From Scenedesmus sp. PABB004 (lineage: Eukaryota), in NCBI GenBank assembly GCA_014905635.1, contig JABVCE010000010.1, forward strand, positions 682,001 to 746,000: a stretch of DNA of 64,000 bases. The letters run 5' to 3'. A program made the position numbers and the translations under genes. Below are positions 13,060-40,400 of this stretch, in pieces. The notes beneath the pieces were generated by a model that saw only the letters and a program-made list of their open reading frames with translations, had not been told where the DNA came from and did not search any database. The number at the start of each line of letters is the position of its first letter. Positions within the stretch are counted from its first letter, which is position 1.

Positions 13060-13921
13060 CGCGGCCGCCCCGCCCCGCGCAGCGCCGGCAGGCAGGCGGC
13101 GGCCACCCTAAACCGTTCCTCCCCGCGCGCGGCGCTGTGCGGCGCTGTGCGGCGCGGCGGCGCACCGCCGATGGTCTCGTTGTCGCAGTAGTGGACGTAC
13201 TTGGCGCCGGGCGTGAGCTTCCAGGCGTCGCGCGGCGGGATGCTCTTGTTGTCGCCCTTGGCCACGAGGTTTGCGGTCAGCCCAAACTTGGCCGCCTCCT
13301 CAAACGCCTTCTTGCTCCACGCGCCAGTGACGACATAGTCGACCGTGTCGCCTGCGTGTCGTCGCGCGGCGCGCGGGGCTCGCGCGGGGCTCACGCGCGG
13401 GGCGGCGCGGGCGCGCCGGCCGGCGCGACGGCGGGGCGGCTGCCGCTGTCGCGCTGCCGCCGCCGCGCCGCGGCGCCGGGGCGCGGCGCACCCTCGGCCG
13501 TGAAGTTGAGCGGGATGGCCGCAAACTGCGTGGACGCGCCGCCCTGGAGGAAGAGCACCTTGTAGTTGCCGGGGATGGCCAGGAGCGTGCGGAGGTCGGC
13601 CTCGGCCTGCTTGATGATGCCCTCAAACGCCTTGCTGCGGTGGCTCATCTCCATCACGCTCATGCCGCTGCCCGCGTAGTTGAGCGTCTCCGCCTGCGTC
13701 TGCTGCAGCACCTCCAGCGGCAGCATCGCCGGGCCGGCGCTGAAGTTGAACACGCGGCCCGCCTCCATCGCGCCGGCGGCCACGCGGCGGCCCTCGATCG
13801 AGCGGGTGCTGCTGCCGCGGTGGGGCGCCGCGGTGGGGCGCCGCGGCGGCGCGCGGGCGGGGGCGCGCGAGGTCGGGGAGCGACGGGAGACCGCTGGCTG
13901 GCCGGCGCGGCTGCTCTGCAT
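11907..13921 (-). CDS. PSAT: Phosphoserine aminotransferase, probable plastid transit peptide (multi-exon)
   Basis: [60 protein letters not shown] (PLP lysine), [22 protein letters not shown]. Confidence 0.97.
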
Positions 13922-14434
13922 GCGGACGGCGGCGGGGATGCCGAGAGCAGGCGGCCGGGCTGCTGCGGCGCGCGGAGGGCTGGGAGCGCTCTCGCGAGAG
14001 GGGAAGTCGTTGGGGAGTGTCGGGCGCTGCCGGGGATCGCGACGCCCGGGCGGAACGGGAGCGCGCAGCCGGCAGCTGGCGGGACGGGTGCAGCACGCCG
14101 CGCCGCACGCCTCGCGCGTGAGAGGCGGGCGCGCCGCCCTGGCGTGGGCGCACCGCGAGCGCTGGTCCGCGGGCAACACGCGCGGGGTCACCTGCGGCGC
14201 GCGCCACCGCAGCGCGCGGCGCGCACCGCCGCGCGCCCGCGGCCGCCGATCACGAGGGTCGGGGATCACGCGCAGCCCGCCGCCCCGAGCCCCTGCAGAG
14301 CAGCACCAGCACCCCCCTGCCGCCCCGGTCACGCCCACGCCCAGCCCGCGCGCCCAGTGCCGCCGCGCAGCCCTGCTCCGCCTCCCCGTCTGCCGCAGCC
14401 CTGCGCGCCAAGGCCCCGAGCCTCCCCGCTCCCT

Positions 14435-14463
14435 CGCGCTCAGAGCCAGGGCATCCCCCGCGC

Positions 14464-14480
<17 letters not shown>
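14435..14480. repeat. 22-nt direct repeat, period 24, duplicating the last ATR codons and stop
   Basis: cgcgctcagagccagggcatcc at 14435-14456 and 14459-14480. Confidence 0.9.
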
Positions 14481-29250
<14,770 letters not shown>

Positions 29251-29532
29251 GGCGGCGGGGCCCGGCGCGCGCGGGCGCCGCGAGTCGCGAGCGCAGAGCA
29301 GGGCGCGGCGGCGTCAAGAATCAAACGCGCCAGCGCCGTGCGCGGCGGTCAGGGGCGCTTCAGGCCCGCATCACGCCGGACACGCGCGATGGCGGGTGTC
29401 GGGGTCGCGTGCCGCCTCCAGGGGCGCGTGCCCCGGCCGCCGCCGCCGCAAAGACGCAAGTGACGGAGCGCTGCCGCAAGCGCTCTTCATCTGCTCATCC
29501 ATCCCGCACCTTTCCCCGAACGCCGCAACGCC

Positions 29533-32111
29533 ATGGTGGACCCGCCGCAGGGGGAGGAGGAGCGCCTGCGCGCGGCGCTCGCGGCGGCGCACGCGCGGGA
29601 AGCCAAGGCGGCGGCGCGGACGCAGCGGGCCCGCAGCACGTTGGTGCGCGCAGCGCGGGCGTGCGGCGCGGCGGGACGGTGATCCCGAGCCTACGCGGAG
29701 CCGCCGGCCGCGACGCGCCGCCGCCCGCCGCTGCTGCCGCTGCTCGCGCGCTGCGCTGTTCGCGCCGCAGCCGCCGGCTGACCGCCGAGCGCCGACCGGC
29801 GCAGGCGCACTACAAGGAGAAGACCGCCAACGTGATGGAGCTGCTGCGCGAGCACACCGCGGTGCTGGAGGAGCTGGGCGCGGCGCAGGCCGGCAGGGCT
29901 GCCGCGGAGGCGGCGCGCGACGACATGGCGGCAGCGCTCAGCGCGCTCGGCGCCGCCGTGCGGCGCCTGGAGGCGCGGCAGGCGGCGGCGCAGCCGCTGG
30001 CGGAGCGCGTTGAGCGGCTGGAGGCGGAGGTGCGCCGGCTGCGGACGCTGGAAGTGGAGGTCGAGCTCGACGCGGCAGCGCTCGGGGCCGACGTCCGCGC
30101 CGCGGCGCTGGCGGCGGTGGACGCGCGGCTCTCCGCGCACGACCAGCAGGCGCAGGCGGCGCCGAACCAGCAGGCGCAGCAGGTGCAGCCGGCAGAGGCC
30201 GCGGCGCTGGCGCGCCTGCAGCTGCAGGTGGCGCAGCTTGCAGCGGAGCAGGCGCGGCTGCGGGGGCTGCTGGAGCAGGACACGAGCCACGCAGCGGCGC
30301 GTGTGCTGGCATCCGCGGCGTGCACGCGCGAGGGCTCGCCGGCGGCAGCGACGCACACCGCGTGCGGCCGGCTGGCGGCGCCGCACATCGGCGGCGGCGG
30401 CGGCCAGCAGCCGGGCGCGTGCGCGGCGGCGTCGGACCGCGCTGCCACAAGCAGCAGGTTCGGCCCGACTACGCTGCTGCCCGGCTCCAGCAGCAGCTGG
30501 GACGACGACGATGCCAGCGTGGCGTGCCGCCTGGCGCGCAGCCCCTCGCTGCCGTCGGTGGGCTGCGCGCTGCCGTGGGCGCCGCCGGCGGCGGCGGCGG
30601 GCGTGAAGCGGCCGCGGGCGCCGCAGGAGCGCGAGCAGCCGGGGCGGCGGAAGTTGGGCCAGCCTGCCGCCGGCAGCCGCCGCCCGCGGGGCGCCTCCGT
30701 TGCCAGCAGCGACATTTGGCCTGCCGCCCTGGACGGCGCGGCCAGCGAGGGCGAGGAGGAGCCCTGCTCGGCGCCGCCTGGCGCTGAGCGCCCGCGGCCG
30801 CTCGACGCTGCCGCACAGGAGTCGGGGCAGCAGGCGGCGTTCATCAAGCGCCTGGCGCCGCGGCTGCGAGCAATCAAGACAATGATGCAGGATCAGGCTG
30901 CGGGGCACGCGCGACACCTGGCGGCCGCCGCGGAGCAGGCGCCGGGTGTGCTGGCGGCGTTTGCGCTGTGCTTTCGCGACGACGCGGCGCCGCAGTTTGA
31001 CGGCTGCCACTTGCTGCAGGAGCTGGAGAGGCTGCCAGCCCAGCAGCTGCGGCAGCAGCGGCAGCGCAACGACGGCGCACTGGCAGCGTTGAGCACGGCC
31101 GGGTGGCGGGGGGCGGGGAGCGTGTCGCACGGCCAGCGCCGCCTGGCGGCTTGCGCGGCGGAACTGTCGGCCCTGCTGCAGCAACAGCGCGCCGACCCGG
31201 GGCACGCGGCCAGCAGCGGCTGGCCGACGCTGGTCGGCGGCGCTGGCGGCTGCTGGCCGCTGGGCGGCGCCTGCGTGTGCGGGGCCGGCGGCGCGGCGGC
31301 CGCTGGCGGCGCAGCAGAGCGTGCCCCGCTGGACTTCCTGCACCAGCTTGCCGCCCAGCTGCTCGCGCCGGTGCTGCGCGCACTGGCTGCGTCCTGCCCG
31401 CTGGCGGCGGCGCAGGGTCACCCCGCGAGCGAGCAGGAGCAGGCAGCGCAGCTCGCGCTGCCGCAGGCGTGCGCAGCCGCCGCCGCTGGCGCGCACCTCC
31501 TGCGGGCGGCCGGCGACCGGCGCGGGCAGCAGGCGCTGCTTGCGCAGCTGCTGGTGGCAGCGGCGCGCAGCGCCGCGCCTGGCGCCGCTGGCCGGACCGC
31601 CGCCCAAACGGCCGCGGTCGTCCGCGCGGGCGGCGGCGACGCCGGCGGCGAGCGGCACCGCGCGGCGCTCGCGTGCCTGCTGGCGGCGGCGGGCGCGTGG
31701 CCGGAGGCGCTGCAGCTGCCAGCACCCGGCGACGCGCCGCGCTGCGGCTGCTGCACCAGCGGCGCCGCGCAGGAGGAGTGGCGGGGCGTGGTCGTCGACC
31801 CCGTCGCCCTCAGCATACGCAGCGCCCTCGCCAGCGTGGCGGCGGCGGCTGCGGCCGGCGGCCCCGCCACGCCCGGCAGCGCGCGCGGCGACGCCGCCGT
31901 GCTCGGGCGCGCGCTGCGGTGCGTGCTGGAGCTGGCGCCGTGCGGCGCGGAGCCGGCGGGGGCGGCCGAGCTGCGGGGCCGCCTCGCGGGCGTGCTGCGG
32001 CTCGCACAGCGCGCCGGCGCGCTGGGCGACGGCGGCGGCGCCCGCCAGCGCGCCTACGTGGCGAGCTTGTGCACAGCGCTGCAGCTGCTGGCGACGGCGG
32101 CGGCCGACTGA
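29533..32111 (+). CDS. Uncharacterised protein with N-terminal coiled coil and Ala/Leu-rich helical C-terminus (2 exons)
   Basis: ATG 29533 (MVDPPQGEEERLRAAL). A phase-0 GT-AG intron at 29644-29804 joins to AHYKEKTANVMELLREH and a long open exon ending TGA 32111. Heptad-like pattern LAERVERLEAEVRRL. Confidence 0.7.
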
Positions 32112-32478
32112 GCGCATGAACGCACGAGCGCGGCGCGGCGGCGCGGAGCGCGGCGGCGGCCGCGTACCGCCGCGCAGCGGCGTGCGCAGTACAGGGCGCG
32201 CGCGAGCGCCCGTGGACGCGCCCGATCCGTACTCTGTGACTTCAGGAGCCATGGCGTGAGGCGCTGCGCGGTGCGCGCGAGCTCGCTCCGCATCTGCTTC
32301 GCGCGCGGCAGTTCAGCTGCCGCCCGGTTGAAGGCGCGTCACACGCGCCTGAGGTACCTGAAGTTGCTCCCGTGCCCGCGCCGCGCTCCACGGCCCCGCG
32401 CAGCGCAGCAGCCGCCCCGCGCACAGCAGCCCCTGCCGCCGTCGCCCGGACGCAGCTGCCCAGGCCGTCACCGCATCC

Positions 32479-33665
32479 ATGTCGCGGCGCTCCGCCCTCG
32501 TGGCGCTGGCCGTCGCGCTGCTCTGCGCGCACGCGGCGGGTGAGTGCGCTGGCGCTGCGCGACAGGGCTGCCTGGGGCCCGGGGCGTCCGCGGAAAGAGT
32601 GCTTTCGCACACACAGCGCTACACGCGCAGCCGCGCGAGCTGCAGCGCCCGGGCGCGACGCGGGAGTAGGGGGCGTGGACGCGCATGGCGGGAGCGCCCG
32701 CGGCGCCGCGCGGCCGCGCCGCAGCGCCAGCGCGGTGCCGCCCCAGCTTGGCACCCTTCTTACCGCCCCGCACGACCTCACGCACCGCGCCGCCGCCACC
32801 CGCAGACGCCGCCGGCGGCCGCGCGCTGCTGCAGGGCAACCACAACAACCTGGACCGCGGCATGCTCGCCCAGATCGCCATGAACGACGCGACCCAGCGC
32901 GTGCACAACGCCCAGACGGCCATCTCGGCGTCCATCAACAACCGCTTCGGCAGCCGCAACCTCAAGCAGACGCTCGGCGACGACATGAACGCGGCGGCGC
33001 AGAAGGTCAGCCAGCAGGTCTGGGACCTCAACGCCGCGACCAAGGCGGAGCTGTCCGGCCGCGCGCTCAAGCAGACGCTCGGCGACGACATGAACGCGGC
33101 GGCGCAGAAGGTCAGCCAGCAGGTCTGGGACCTCAACGCCGCGACCAAGGCGGAGCTGTCCGGCCGCGCGCTCAAGCAGACGCTCGGCGACGACATGAAC
33201 GCGGCGGCGCAGAAGGTCAGCCAGCAGGTCTGGGACCTCAACGCCGCGACCAAGGCGGAGCTGTCCGGCCGCGCGCTCAAGCAGACGGTCAGTGGCGACA
33301 TGAACGCGGCGGCGCAGAAGGTGGTCCAGGCCGTGTGGGACCTGGACTCCGCGGCCAACGCCCAGGTCGCCGGCCGCGCGCTCCGGCAGACGGTCAGCGG
33401 CGACATGAACGCCGCCGCGCAGAAGGTCACGCAGGCGGTGTGGGACCTCACCTCCGCGACCAACGCCGAGGTGTCGGGCCGCGCGCTCAAGGCGTTCCGC
33501 CGCTCCCTGGCCCAGGCCATCATCCAGTCGCCCGAGAGCTACACCGACATGATGACCACCAACACCGCCGCCATCAACGACGCGCGCGCCAAGGTCGCCC
33601 GCACCGCGTTTGACCTCATGCAGGCCGCCAACGCGCGCTTCGCGAGCGCCGAGCAGCAGCAGTGA
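32479..33665 (+). CDS. Secreted tandem-repeat polyprotein / putative peptide precursor (exon 1 32479-32539, exon 2 32806-33665)
   Basis: Signal peptide MSRRSALVALAVALLCAHA, canonical GTGAGT...CGCAG intron, strong C/G-ending codon bias, 35-aa repeats delimited by RxLx|Q. Confidence 0.9.
32961..33490 (+). repeat. Coding tandem repeat, 105-bp unit x5 (three identical, two diverged)
   Basis: Units start at 32961, 33066, 33171, 33276 and 33381, with a partial unit at 33486. Confidence 0.97.
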
Positions 33666-34289
33666 GCGCGTGCTGCGGGCCCGCCCCGCGGCACCGCCGG
33701 CCGGCGCCAGGAATAGGGGCAGCAGGGGCAGCAGGCGGCGGCACCGGGTGCACGGAAGGGGGGGCGGGGGCATGCGTGTTGCTGCACTGTCTGCGCCGGG
33801 CAACCACCTGTCGCGCGTGTTCGCCCTCGGCGGCCACATGGCCTGGCCCTGCGCAGGGCTGTTGTCTGAGAACAGGGTATTGGTAACGTCTCTCCCAACG
33901 CTCGGCGACCGCGCGCGCGCGCCCGCCGTCAGCGGCCGCGCGGCGGCACAACCGCGCCAGGGCATTGCCAAACCGCCGCCGGGGCACGCGGCCCCGCCGC
34001 AGCACTGCCGCGGCACTCCCTCCCCCCTGCACCACTTCTGCCCAGCAGCGCTGTCGGACCCGTGCGCCGCCTTGCTCTCTCCGGCCGCCGCGCAGCAGCC
34101 GCACCGGCGAGCAGCGCCGAGCCTCGCGCGCGCGAGCGCCGCCGGGGACCGCCACCGAGGCCGTGCTGGTCTTCGTCACGCCCTCGTCGCGTCGCCACGC
34201 ATGAGGGCCGCCGCGGGCGGCCGCTAGGCGCGGGCGCCCATCTCCTCGTTTGGTGCCCGGCCCCAGCGGCCCCGGCGGCCCGCGGCACG

Positions 34290-35445
34290 ATGGGCGGCGC
34301 TCCCGAGGACGAGCAGGTCCTGCTGAAGGCGCCGGACGGCGTGGAGCTCCGCAGCAGCCACGGCGGCGCCGCCGCGGCGGACACCTGGACGCTCCGCGCG
34401 CAGCGAGCGCACGCGCGTGCCGCGAGTGCGCTGGCCGACTCCGTGGCGCGCACGGCGGTGCGCTGCGGCCTCCTCATCCTCACCTGGTGCGCGCCGGGGG
34501 CGCCGCGGGCCGCCGGCGAGGGGACGGGGCGCGGAGGCGCAGCAGCAGCAGCGCGGGGCGGTTGGCGGCGCCGGCGGCTGCGCACGCGCGCAACCGCCGG
34601 CGCCGCCGGCTCGCGCGCAGGTACTTTCTGAGCACAGCGCTGGGCCTGTACAACAAGAAGCTGGTGGGCAAGAAGCACGGCCTGTTTGGGAACGGCGCGT
34701 TCCCAGGTGCGGCGGCGGATGCCGGGGCCGTGGCGGCAGCAGTCGTCGCCGGCAGCGACAGCGGCGGCGGCGGCGGCAGCTTGAGCACACCCCGCCCTCC
34801 GCCGCCGCCGCCGCCGCCGCGCCGCAGCGCCGCTGCTGCTCACGGGCGTGCAGTTTTTCTTTCAGCACCTGCTCGCGCGCGCCGTGTTTGCCACCGGCGC
34901 CGTGCAGCGCACCGGCGCGCCGCTGTCGTGGCGCGACTGGAGCAAGCTGGGTGCGCGGCGCGCGCCGCCGCGCGCCTCGCCGCCGCCGCCCACCGCCCGC
35001 GCGCCCCCGCGGCCGCCGACCCCCGCCGACCCCCGCCGCTGCCGCTGCCGCCGCCGCCTCGCGCGCGGCCGCGCCACAGTGCTGCCCAACGGCACGGTCA
35101 CGGGGCTGGACATCGGCTTCAGCAACGCGAGCCTGGTGCACATCACGATGAGCTTCTACACGATGTGCAAGAGCACCACGCCCATCTTCCTGCTCGCCTT
35201 TGCCTTCCTCTGGGGCCTCGAGACGTGCGCCGCGCCACGGGCTCGGCGGCGGCGCGCGGCGGCGGCACGCGGCGGGGGCGGGGGTGGCGGCGCGGGCGGC
35301 GCGCGCCGGGCGGGAGCGCGGCAGCGCGCCGACGCGCCCGCCCCCGCGCCGCAGGCCGAGCTGGGGCCTCGCGGGCGTCGTCGCGGTGATCGTGTCGGGC
35401 CTGCTGCTGCTGGTGCAGGGCGAGGCCGACTTTGACACCACGGGT

Positions 35446-35477
<32 letters not shown>

Positions 35478-36794
35478 AATGGCAGCAGCGCGCCGCGCGC
35501 CCCGCGCTGCCGCGCGGCGCTGCTCGCACGGCGCTCTTTCTCGACGCGCCCCCGCGGCCCCGCCGCCCGCCGCGCCGCCAGGCTTTGTGCTGGTCATGTC
35601 TGCCAGCTGCATGAGTGGCCTGCGCTTCACGCTCACGCAGCTGCTGCTGCACGGCAGCAAGCCGGGGCACGACCACGGTGCGCGCGCGCGCCCCGTCCGC
35701 CGCCCCGCCCGCCGCGCGCGCGCGCCGCCGCGCCGCGCCGCCGCGCCGCGCGCGCGCCGCCCGCGGGCGCGGCCGCCGGCCGCCCACGTCCGCGCGCGCC
35801 GCCGCCGCGCGCACCCGCCGCGGCAGCGCCCGCGCCGTTTGGCGGGCCGCTGGAGGTGCTGGAGATCCTGACGCCGGTCATGTCGGCCACGACGCTGGCG
35901 CTGAGCCTCGCGACGGAGCGCCTGTGGACGACGCTGCCGGGCAGCCCCTACTTTGCGAGCGGGCGCCACTGCCTCATCACCACCGCGCTCATCCTCTTTG
36001 GCGCGCTCATAGCGTTCCTCATGGTCTGGACGGAGTACCAGGTGGGGGGGGGGGGCGTGGGCGTGCGCTGGTGGGCGTGGGTGTGCGTTGGGTGTGGGTG
36101 CATGTGTGGGTGCGTGGGTGGGTGGGCGGGCGGGTGTGTGTGCGTGGGTGGGCGGGTGTGCATGTCTGTCTGTGCGCGTGTGCCAGGCGGCGGCGGCGCG
36201 CCGCCCCGCGCGCCGCTCGGCCGACGCCCCGCCGCACGCGCACGCGCACGCGCGCGACGACGCGCGCAGGTCATCAAGGAGACGAGCGCGCTGACGTTTA
36301 TGATCGCGGGCACGGTCAAGGAGGTCGTCACGGTCGTGACGGCGGTGCTGGTCTTTGGCGACCACTTTGGCCCGCTCAACGGCCTCGGCCTCGTCATTGT
36401 CATCGCCGGCGTGCTGCTCTTCAACTGGTACAAGCTCCAGCGCCTCAAGGCGCGCGTGCGCGAGCGCATCGCGACCGCGGGCGGCGCCGACGAGGCCGAG
36501 GGCGTGCCGGGCGGCGGCGGCGGCGGGAGCGGCGGCGGCGGCGTGCCGATACGGGTGCTCTCGGCGTCGGCCGGCGGCGCGAGCCCGCGCGGCGGCGCGC
36601 GGCTCGGCAGCGCGGCGAGCGGCGGCGGCGCGCGGCTCGGCAGCGCGACCAGCGGCGGCGGCCCGCGGCTCGGCAGCGCGACGAGCGCCGGCGGCGCCGG
36701 GGGCGACCCGCACCGGCGGCGCGCCAGCCTGGACGAGCTCGAGGCGGCCGAGGTCGTGCGCGCGCTGGAGGCGGAGCCGCTGCTACGCCGGTGA
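34290..36794 (+). CDS. Nucleotide-sugar / triose-phosphate transporter family protein (SLC35C2-like), multi-exon
   Basis: LILTW/YFLSTALGLYNK, TGLDIGFSNASLVHITMSFYTMCKSTTPIFLLAFAFLWGLE, SGLRFTLTQLLL, IKETSALTFMIAGTVKEVVTV; about 10 hydrophobic segments. Confidence 0.92.
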
Positions 36795-37433
36795 CACCTT
36801 GGGCGCGTGAAACTCAACCCCTCAACCCCCCTGGCGCACGAGAACTCCACCCCTCCATTCGCACGCGAGCAGCAGCGGGTGTCACCGACGCCTGACCGCT
36901 CGCTTGCCGCGCCGCCGCCGGCCTCCCCGCCGCCTCGCCCTGGGTGCCGCTGACCTCTGGCGCCCCAGCTCGCGGTGGCGCGGTCCACGAGCAGCGCAGG
37001 CGCCCCGAGCACACAGCGCTCGCCCTCTGCAGCATCGCCAAAACTCGCCTGAGCCGGCGCTTGCGGCAGTGCGCTCGACCACACCGTGGTGTGAGCCTCG
37101 ACAGCGCGCCGACGACGCCGACGACGCCAGGTGCGCGGCGCGGAGCGGGGCACGCAGCGCGGCCTCGCGCGGCCCCGGGCGCTCCCTGCTGGGGCGTACA
37201 CGCGTCCGCGCGCCGCTCATTGGGTGTAGAGTCTTGGTGGCTAGCCCCACGCAGCGAGCGGCGCGGCGGCGTGGCCCAATTGCGCGCCGCGGCCAGCGCG
37301 TGGCCACCCGCTCAGCCCGCCCTGCGCGCCGGCGGCCAGCGCGTGGCGGCGCGCCGTGGGGCCTGGGCGACGCGTGAGCTCACCCGGAGCACGACGGAGC
37401 AGCGCCGGCGCGGCCCGGCGCCGGCGGCGCCAG

Positions 37434-40400
37434 ATGCCGCCGCGCTGCTCGGCGCCGGCCCCACCGCCGCCCCCGTGCCGCGGCGTAGCGCAGGGGAGCA
37501 GGCCAGGCATGGCGACGCGCAACCCGAGCCTCAACATCGTGCCCAGCCTCAAGCGCCGCGCCGGCGGCGGCGCCGCGGCGGAGGATGAGCTCACCGGGCC
37601 GCGCGGCGACTGGTGGTGGACCGGGCTCAAGCCCACCGCCTGCCCGGGCTTTGACGAGGAGGCCGGCGTGCTGAGGTGCGGCGGGCCGCCGCCGCGGCCG
37701 CACCCCGCAGCGCGCAGCAGGCGCGGCGCGGCCGCCGCCGCCACGGCGCGACGCGCCCCGCGTGGGCGCTCACGCCCGCCCCGCGCACGCGCCCGCAGGT
37801 CGCTGCCGCTGCCCAACACCGCGACCGCGACGCGGCAGCAGGTCATCGACTACTTTGACAACTGCTGGACCCAGACCGAGGTCCGGGCGCGGCGCGCAGC
37901 GCACGCGCCGCCCCGCGCCGCGCCCCGCGCCGCAACGCCGCGCCGCCGCGCCGCCCGCCGCGGCGCCCGCGCAGGTGCTCTTCGCGTGCCTGCAGGGCGG
38001 CGACGCGTTCCTGCGCCAGCCGTACCACCAGCTGCGCCACCCGATGGTCTTCTACTACGTCCACCCCGCGGTGCTGTACGTGAACAAGTTCCGCGTCGCC
38101 GGCCTGCTCGGCGAGGGGCTGGACCAGTTCATCGAGCAGGTGCGGCCGGCAACCTGGAACCGGACGGCAGCGCGGGCCGCGCGGGCGCGGCGCGTGCGGC
38201 GGCGGGCGGGCGCGCGCCGGGCAGCAGCAGCGCCGCGTGCGCGCCGCGCCGGGCGCGCTGACGCCGCCGCCGCCGCCGCCGCCGCGTGTGCGCGCGTTCG
38301 CGTGCGCAGCTGTTTGAGACGGGCGTCGACGAGATGAGCTGGGACGACCTCTCGCAGTCGCGCGACGACTGGCCGCCCATCCGCGACTGCCACGCGTACA
38401 GGTGCGGCGCCGCCGCGCGGCGGGCGCGCGCCCGCAGGACGCGGGCAGGCAGGGCCCCCTCGGTCTGGGCCACGGCCCTGCGCGCCCCTAGCGGCGCCGC
38501 GCGGCGCGGCAGCTGTCGGCCCGCGCGTTCAAACGCGCGCTGCGCCCGCTGCTGCTGCTGCGCGCGCTTGCAGGAAGCGCGCCTACGCCGTCATCTTGCG
38601 CATGCTGCAGACGCACCCCTGCCTCGACGCGCCCGCGACCTGGGACGGGCCCGCGTGGGCGGTGTTCATGGGCTTTGAGCACGAGCGCATCCACATCGAG
38701 ACCTCCAGCGTGCTCATCCGCGAGGTGCGGCCCCAGCGCGCCGCGCCGCGCCGCCGCTGCGACGGCTCCGCCGCCGACCCGTGGCGCCGCCCCACCCGTC
38801 CGCGCGCGCCCCCGCCGGCCGCCCGCCCGCCAGCTGCCGCTCGAGTTTGTGCGCAAGCCGGAGTTCTGGCCCGAATACCACCCGAGCGTGGCGGAGCCCT
38901 CGGCGCACGTGCCCAAGGCGGGCACCGACTACCCCGCCAACCCGCTGCTCGCCGTGCCGGGCGGCCGCGTCGTGCTCGGCAAGCCGGGCTCGTTCCCGAG
39001 CTTTGGCTTTGACAATGAGTACGGCGCCAAGGAGATCGAGGTCCCCGCGTTCCGGGCGAGCAAGTTCAAGGTGACCAACGGCGAGTTCGCCGCCTTTGTG
39101 CGCGCGGGCGGCTACGCGGACCGGCGCTGGTGGAGCGACGAGGGCTGGGGCTGGCGCACCTTCCGCAACGTCAAGTGGCCGACGTTCTGGGTCCTCGGTG
39201 CGGCAGCGCCGCGCCGCCGCGCCGCCCGCGCTGCGCCCGCGCTGCCCTGCCCCTCGCCCGCGCGGCGCGCGCGCCGACGCCTCCGCCTGCGCCTGCGCCC
39301 GGTCCCGGCGCGCAGACGGCCCGTCTGGCCTGCACCGCTACAAGCTGCGGCTGCTCTTTGACGCCGTGGAGATGCGCTGGGACTGGCCGGTCGACGTGTG
39401 CTACCATGAGGTGCGTGCGGCGCTGGCGCTGCCGCGCCGCCGCCGCTGCTGGCGCCGCTGCCCAGCCGCCGCGGCCGCCGCGGAGGCTGCGGCCGGGGCC
39501 CACGCCCGCCCCGCCGCGCGCCGCGGCGCGCCGCCCCGCCCCCTGCAGGCCGCCGCGTACGCGGCGTGGCGCGGCGCGGCGGACGGCCAGGTCGTGCGCT
39601 ATCGCCTCATCACTGAGGCGGAGCACAACCTCATCCGCAGCACGCGCGACCGCGTCGACACGCACCTGCTGAGCGGCGCGGGCGCCGCAGCCGCGCCGGC
39701 CACGGCCGCGGCGGCGGCGGCGCAGCCGCCCGCCAAGGGCGGCGCCGCGCCGGCCAAGGCCGGCGGCGCGATCTGCATCACCGCCGTCGCGGCCAGCAGC
39801 GCCGCCGCTGCCGGCGCGGGCGCGGGCGCCGCGGGCGTGGACATGGCGATGGTCGTGTCGGGCTGCGACGCCGAGCGGGTGCGCGCCCGCGCCGCCGCCG
39901 CTGCAGCAGCGCCCTGCGCGCCCGCGGCGCCGCCGTCGCGCACGCCGCCCGCGCTGCAACCGCTCGCGCCGCCGACGCCGGCGCAGGTCGCGGGCGCCAA
40001 CTTCCAGCTCGCGCACGGCAGCGCGAGCCCCGTGACGGCGCTGCCGCCGAGCGAGGCGGGCTTCCACGACGTCTTTGGCAGCGTGTGGGAGTGGGGCGAG
40101 GACCACTTTGCCGCGCTGCCGGGCTTCAGGGTTCACCCCTACTACGATGACTTCTCGGCGCCCTGCTTCGGCGGCCTGCACCACCTGGTGCGGCGCGCAG
40201 CCTGCCGGCGCGGCCTGCGCCGCACCGCGGCCTGCACGCGCGCCGCGGCCCGCCGCCGACGCGCGTCCGCCGACGCCCCGCCCGCGCAGATCTTTGGCGG
40301 GTCGTTCATCTCGACCGGGCAGCTCGCGAGCAAGTTTGCGCGCTACCAGTTCCGGCCCCACTTTTTCCAGCACGCAGGCTTCCGCCTCGTGCAGACGGTC

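Noticed and set aside
11907..13921. PLP enzyme as the missing ovothiol C-S lyase
   Set aside because: It carries all SerC/PSAT signature motifs and lies over 23 kb from ovoA.
32961..33490. Regular direct repeats as a possible CRISPR array
   Set aside because: Units are contiguous in-frame coding repeats without unique spacers, there are no cas genes, and the context is eukaryotic.
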